64,000 nucleotides of DNA from a virus, in IMG/VR virus record IMGVR_UViG_3300033145_001324, positions 6,059 to 70,058 of that record. The stretch is one strand, 5' to 3'. Below, one piece after another: positions 60,083 to 64,000 of this stretch. The position numbers and the translations under genes are program-made. The number at the start of each line of letters is the position of its first letter. Position 1 is the stretch's first letter. Below the pieces are notes generated by a model. It was given only the letters and a program-made list of their open reading frames with translations, was not told the DNA's origin and did not search any database.

Positions 60083-60952
60083 ATGAGGACTCTTTTAATT
60101 GCTGATATACATATAGAAGATAATGCTATTAAAGAAATAGATTCTATTTTTAAGAATGATATTTATAAAACTAATGCTGATAGAGTTATACAACTTGGAG
60201 ATTTTTATGACAAAAATCGACCTACTCCAAATGAAATAAAATTTGGAACTAATTTAATAAAGAGATTAACAACTTTATACAAAGAAGTTATATTATTAGC
60301 AGGAAATGGTTCTCATGAATTTTTAAATAACGTAGCTATTATAGAATATTTAAAAGAATTAAGCGGAAAAATTAAAATAATAACGAAAGACCATTTTATA
60401 GAGAATAATATTTATTATGGACACCACATGTTATATGAGTCAAAGTTGGAATATGGTAGCGGAAAATGTGGTCTCAAAGATTTGGCTGATTATGATTACG
60501 CTATCCTTGCTCATCAACATAATTTTCAGAAATTTAATGAGAAAGTTTACCACTTAGGCAATATACGTTATCAAAATTTTAACGAAGTAACTGATAAAAA
60601 TAAATATGTTGCTATTTTAGAAGATGGTAAATTGGAACTTATTCCTTTAAAATCTCCTATTAAAATGATAGACGTTCATTCTATTGAAGAATTAAAAGAT
60701 GTAGATTCTGATAGTAAGGTTAGGTTGGTGATAAGCAGTTTTGATAAATTTAAGAAAAATATAAGCGAACTGTATAAATGGAAAAATAAATTTACTCAGT
60801 TTAAAATAAAACTCGATTTCGAAAAAGAAGTTGAATCAGTAGAAAAAGCAGCTACTTCTAATAAGAAACTTGAAGAAATAATAGAAGAAGGGATTGCCAA
60901 AATTAAAGATGCAGATGTTAGAGATATGGTAAAGGAGGCTTTAAATGGATAA
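60083..60952 (+). CDS. sbcD: SbcD/Mre11-like (T4 gp47-like) nuclease
   Basis: ADIH, LGDFYD, GNGSH, AHQH, LG..RYQNF.E. Confidence 0.8.
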   Translation: MRTLLIADIHIEDNAIKEIDSIFKNDIYKTNADRVIQLGDFYDKNRPTPNEIKFGTNLIKRLTTLYKEVILLAGNGSHEFLNNVAIIEYLKELSGKIKIITKDHFIENNIYYGHHMLYESKLEYGSGKCGLKDLADYDYAILAHQHNFQKFNEKVYHLGNIRYQNFNEVTDKNKYVAILEDGKLELIPLKSPIKMIDVHSIEELKDVDSDSKVRLVISSFDKFKKNISELYKWKNKFTQFKIKLDFEKEVESVEKAATSNKKLEEIIEEGIAKIKDADVRDMVKEALNG

Positions 60953-61207
60953 GACTTGGGAATTAATAGATTTTCTATTGGATTGTGTAGAATATCCACA
61001 CCCAGGCGAATTTAAAGAATTACCTAAAATTGAAGGTAAGAATTTAAGAGATTATGCCAAAGAAGAATATAACAAATTAAAATGAGGGTTTAAAATGTTA
61101 TGAGACAATGGGAGAAGAACTTAAATTTTATTATAATACTTGGCACATTTGTATTAATTTGTTTATATATAATTTGTAAGAGTATTTTTTAAAGGAGACT
61201 GAATAAA

Positions 61208-61861
61208 ATGTGGGATAAAGACTATTCAAAAAATAAAAAATGTATTAATTGTGGTGCGTTAATAATTAATAGAGCAATCAGATGTCAAAAGTGTGCATAT
61301 AAAGGAGAATTACACTATTTATTTGGTAAACATCCTTCTAAAACTACCAAATTAAAAATGAGTAAAGCAGGTAGGGGGAAAGTATTTACAGAAGAGCATA
61401 AGGAGAATATGAAAAAAGCTTTTAAAAATAGAATTATATCTATAGAAACTCGACAGAAGATTAGTAATACTTTAAAAGGAAGAAGTTTAGTAGATGTAAA
61501 TCATAAACCAAAATGCCCTTGTTCCTTTTGCAGGGCTCATAGAAAAGAATTAACAAAAGAATCCAATCCAAATTGGCGAGGCGGATTATCTTTCGAACCT
61601 TATTCTTTAGAATGGACCAAAGAGCTTAAATATTTAATCCGAAAGCGAGATGATTTCACCTGTCAAAATCCAAAATGTAATTACACACAACAAAAAAATA
61701 GTAAGGTTTTAGATGTTCATCACATAGATTATATTAAAAAAAATATAAAAGAAGAAAATTTAATAAGTCTTTGTCATTTCTGTCATATGAAAACCAATTG
61801 GAACAGAGATTATTGGTATGCTTATTATACTTATATAATGGAGGGAAAATGTCTAAGTTAA
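61208..61861 (+). CDS. NUMOD3-HNH homing endonuclease
   Basis: NPNWRGG, RDDFTCQ, HHIDY.K.N...NLISLC..CH..TN..RDYWYAY. Confidence 0.85.
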   Translation: MWDKDYSKNKKCINCGALIINRAIRCQKCAYKGELHYLFGKHPSKTTKLKMSKAGRGKVFTEEHKENMKKAFKNRIISIETRQKISNTLKGRSLVDVNHKPKCPCSFCRAHRKELTKESNPNWRGGLSFEPYSLEWTKELKYLIRKRDDFTCQNPKCNYTQQKNSKVLDVHHIDYIKKNIKEENLISLCHFCHMKTNWNRDYWYAYYTYIMEGKCLS

Positions 61862-62937
61862 TTGTTAAAGTCGTTAGAATAAATAAAATTTATAATCACC
61901 CAAATGCTGATAGACTTTCTATAATTGAAATGGATGGAAATTCATGGAGTTGCATTGTTGGTAGAAATCAATATAAATTGGGTAGCCTCGTAGTTTTTAC
62001 CCCCCCAGATTCTGTTATACCTGAAAATCTTATAGAAGAATATAAGTTAGAATTTTTAAAGAAATGTGGTAGAGTTGGAACAGTTAAATTAAGAAAATGT
62101 ATTTCTCAAGGTTTAATTTTAAATATTCCTGAAGGTAAGAAGTGGAAAGAAGGTAAGGAAGTTTCCAAAGAATTAGGTATAACAAAATATGAACCTCCTG
62201 TAAAACGAACCAGTTTAAATAGTGGAAAACAACCCACTAAGAAAAAAAGAAATCCTTTATTTGATAAATATACAGATATAGAAAATATAAAGAATTATAA
62301 TACTGTTTTTAAGGATGGAGAATCTGTTGTAATTACTGAAAAAATACACGGAACAAATTTTAGGGCTGGCAACCTACCAAGATATAGAGATAATCTATGG
62401 GGTAAACTTTTAGCATTTTTATTTGGAAAATATGAATTTGTATATGGAAGTCATCGAGTTCAAAAAACTCCTATGAATAGAAAGATGGGTTTTTATGGAG
62501 AAGATGTTTATGGTCGTATCGCTAAAAAATATAAATTAAAAGAAATTATACCTCCTAATTATATTTTATATGGAGAGATTTATGGTGCAGGGATTCAAGA
62601 ATTAGAATATGGAATGAATGATATAGATGTAGCTTTCTTTGATGTTAAATACAAAGATAAATATTTAGATTCTATAGACTATGCTAAATTTTGTGGTGAA
62701 AGAAATTTGCCGATGGTTCCTTTATTATATATAGGAGAATATAGAGAAGAAGATTTAATTAAATATACACAAAGAAGTTCCATTCTGGCTTTTAGACTAT
62801 GTAAAGAAGACAATATCGCAGAGGGTTGTGTAGTTAAGTCTGAAAAAGAAGAATATACTCATACTGTAGGTAGAAAGATACTGAAAAGTATTAATCCCGA
62901 ATATTTAGCTCGTAAGAATAGAACGGAGTATCACTAA
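61849..62937 (+). CDS. RNA ligase (Rnl2/DRB0094-like, N-terminal OB domain)
   Basis: HPNADRL, SQGL, TEKIHGTN, YGEIYG, FD, EGCVV, KSINPEYL; start reassigned to MSKLIV. Confidence 0.88.
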   Translation: MSKLIVKVVRINKIYNHPNADRLSIIEMDGNSWSCIVGRNQYKLGSLVVFTPPDSVIPENLIEEYKLEFLKKCGRVGTVKLRKCISQGLILNIPEGKKWKEGKEVSKELGITKYEPPVKRTSLNSGKQPTKKKRNPLFDKYTDIENIKNYNTVFKDGESVVITEKIHGTNFRAGNLPRYRDNLWGKLLAFLFGKYEFVYGSHRVQKTPMNRKMGFYGEDVYGRIAKKYKLKEIIPPNYILYGEIYGAGIQELEYGMNDIDVAFFDVKYKDKYLDSIDYAKFCGERNLPMVPLLYIGEYREEDLIKYTQRSSILAFRLCKEDNIAEGCVVKSEKEEYTHTVGRKILKSINPEYLARKNRTEYH

Positions 62938-63356
62938 TGAAATTCAAAGTATTAAGTAGGAGAGAAATAAAGGATTTTATAACAGATGAGAAACATATTG
63001 TTATTTCTGTTAGAGACCCTAATTCAGAAATAGCAAAATTCCCAAGATTACAATCTCGTCTGGAGGTTTTAGATTTAGAATTTTCTGATTTAGATGGTAT
63101 ACATTTACCAAGTGATGCTTTTTATATATTATTTGATACATCTATGGCAGAAGATATATTGGATATGGTTTATGCATATAAGAATAAAGTTGAGTTAATT
63201 ATTTGTCAATGCGAAGCTGGTATAAGCAGAAGTGCTGGAATTGCAGGAGCATTAAGTAAAATTATTAATAATGACGATACAATTTATTTTAAGAATTTTA
63301 TACCAAATAGATTAGTTTATAGAACTATTCTGGAGAAATATTATGAGAATAAATAA
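62937..63356 (+). CDS. CX5R (tyrosine/dual-specificity-like) phosphatase
   Basis: F.D loop, CEAGISRSA, PN..V. Confidence 0.8.
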   Translation: MKFKVLSRREIKDFITDEKHIVISVRDPNSEIAKFPRLQSRLEVLDLEFSDLDGIHLPSDAFYILFDTSMAEDILDMVYAYKNKVELIICQCEAGISRSAGIAGALSKIINNDDTIYFKNFIPNRLVYRTILEKYYENK

Positions 63357-64000
63357 GATAATTCTTAAACACTTTAAAAATTTTGATTCCAAGACTCAGG
63401 AGTTTTCTAAGCTGAATTTTATACAGGGTTCTAATGGTTCAGGTAAAACTACACTTATTCTTGATTCTATTCTTTTTGGATTTTGGGGATATTCTTATAC
63501 TAATCTTTCTTCTTTACCTACAAGAGAGCAGTCGAAATCTTGTTCAGTAGTAATTGATTTTGTTAATGGAAAAGATTCTTACACTATAAAAAGAAATTAC
63601 CCTACTCATGTAGAACTTATAAAGAATGATAAAGAGGTTAAGTTTGCTACTTCAATAGAGGCGAATAAATATATAGAAAATATTGTAGGCACACGTGAGC
63701 ATTTTGTAAAATTCCAGCTAATTAATGCATATGATAAAGAGACAGATATACTTTCTTCTGGACAGACTACAATTAAAAAGACTCTTTTTTCTTTAACACA
63801 AGATTTATTTAATAATGCAAAAATTAAATTACAAGCTATTAAATCAGAAAGAGAAAGACTTAACAAAGATGGTATGACAGTTTATACTCATTATCCTTCT
63901 GAGAAGAGATTAACTGTTTTGAAAAAAGGGTTTACATCAGTTTCAGAGCAATATAAAAGTATGGCTAAAGAAGTAAGTGAATTCGAAAGAGATTATAATA
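63343..64000 (+). CDS. sbcC: SbcC/Rad50-like (T4 gp46-like) ATPase, truncated at window edge
   Basis: Not in ORF track; MRINKIILKHFKNF...IQGSNGSGKTT..DSILF. Confidence 0.82.
   Translation, partial: MRINKIILKHFKNFDSKTQEFSKLNFIQGSNGSGKTTLILDSILFGFWGYSYTNLSSLPTREQSKSCSVVIDFVNGKDSYTIKRNYPTHVELIKNDKEVKFATSIEANKYIENIVGTREHFVKFQLINAYDKETDILSSGQTTIKKTLFSLTQDLFNNAKIKLQAIKSERERLNKDGMTVYTHYPSEKRLTVLKKGFTSVSEQYKSMAKEVSEFERDYN

Noticed and set aside
1630-63866. Many 60-120 aa ORFs antisense to or nested in larger genes (e.g. 1630..1818, 13413..13700, 42281..42598, 63606..63866)
   Set aside because: Shadow frames of AT-rich genes; no RBS, F/L/I/S-rich, opposite to local gene orientation.
1-64000. Genome-wide stop-codon reassignment
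   Set aside because: Long conserved genes are intact in the standard code; TGA ends many genes via ATGA overlaps and TAG ends 5952..6182.

Overview
A 64-kb segment of a large, strongly AT-rich tailed dsDNA phage (standard genetic code; host not determinable, but sigma70-type promoters, GGAGG Shine-Dalgarno sites and a candidate outer-membrane beta-signal protein suggest a bacterium, possibly diderm). Genes diverge from a ~1.4-kb structured non-coding hub at ~8.45-9.83 kb. Leftwards (- strand): small mosaic genes bounded by 15-bp direct repeats, homing endonucleases, a candidate small terminase and the large terminase. Rightwards (+ strand): a dense early region of small genes with repeated promoters (9.8-27 kb), including an HNH-GGDEF fusion, a membrane-anchored RuvB-like ATPase and a Xer-like recombinase; an auxiliary block (30-44 kb: nucleotide hydrolases, ribosomal protein bS21, intein-containing 5'-3' exonuclease, ClpP, trypsin-like protease, peptide deformylase, site-2 protease, LOG, BT1-type MFS transporter, PnuC-like protein, M42 aminopeptidase, MgtC); and a replication/recombination block (44-64 kb: primase-polymerase/helicase, RuvC, RecA, ligase, intein-containing PolB, Hjc-like resolvase, SbcD, RNA ligase, SbcC). 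No tRNA, rRNA, CRISPR array or reverse transcriptase was seen. Most notable: the homing-endonuclease/diguanylate-cyclase fusion, the TM-anchored RuvB lacking the RuvA-binding hairpin, gene cassettes bounded by RBS-containing direct repeats, a seven-copy promoter class with a fixed 18-bp spacer and upstream box, and a LOG/folate-type transporter/PnuC operon. All protein calls come from motif recognition by eye; no searches were run.
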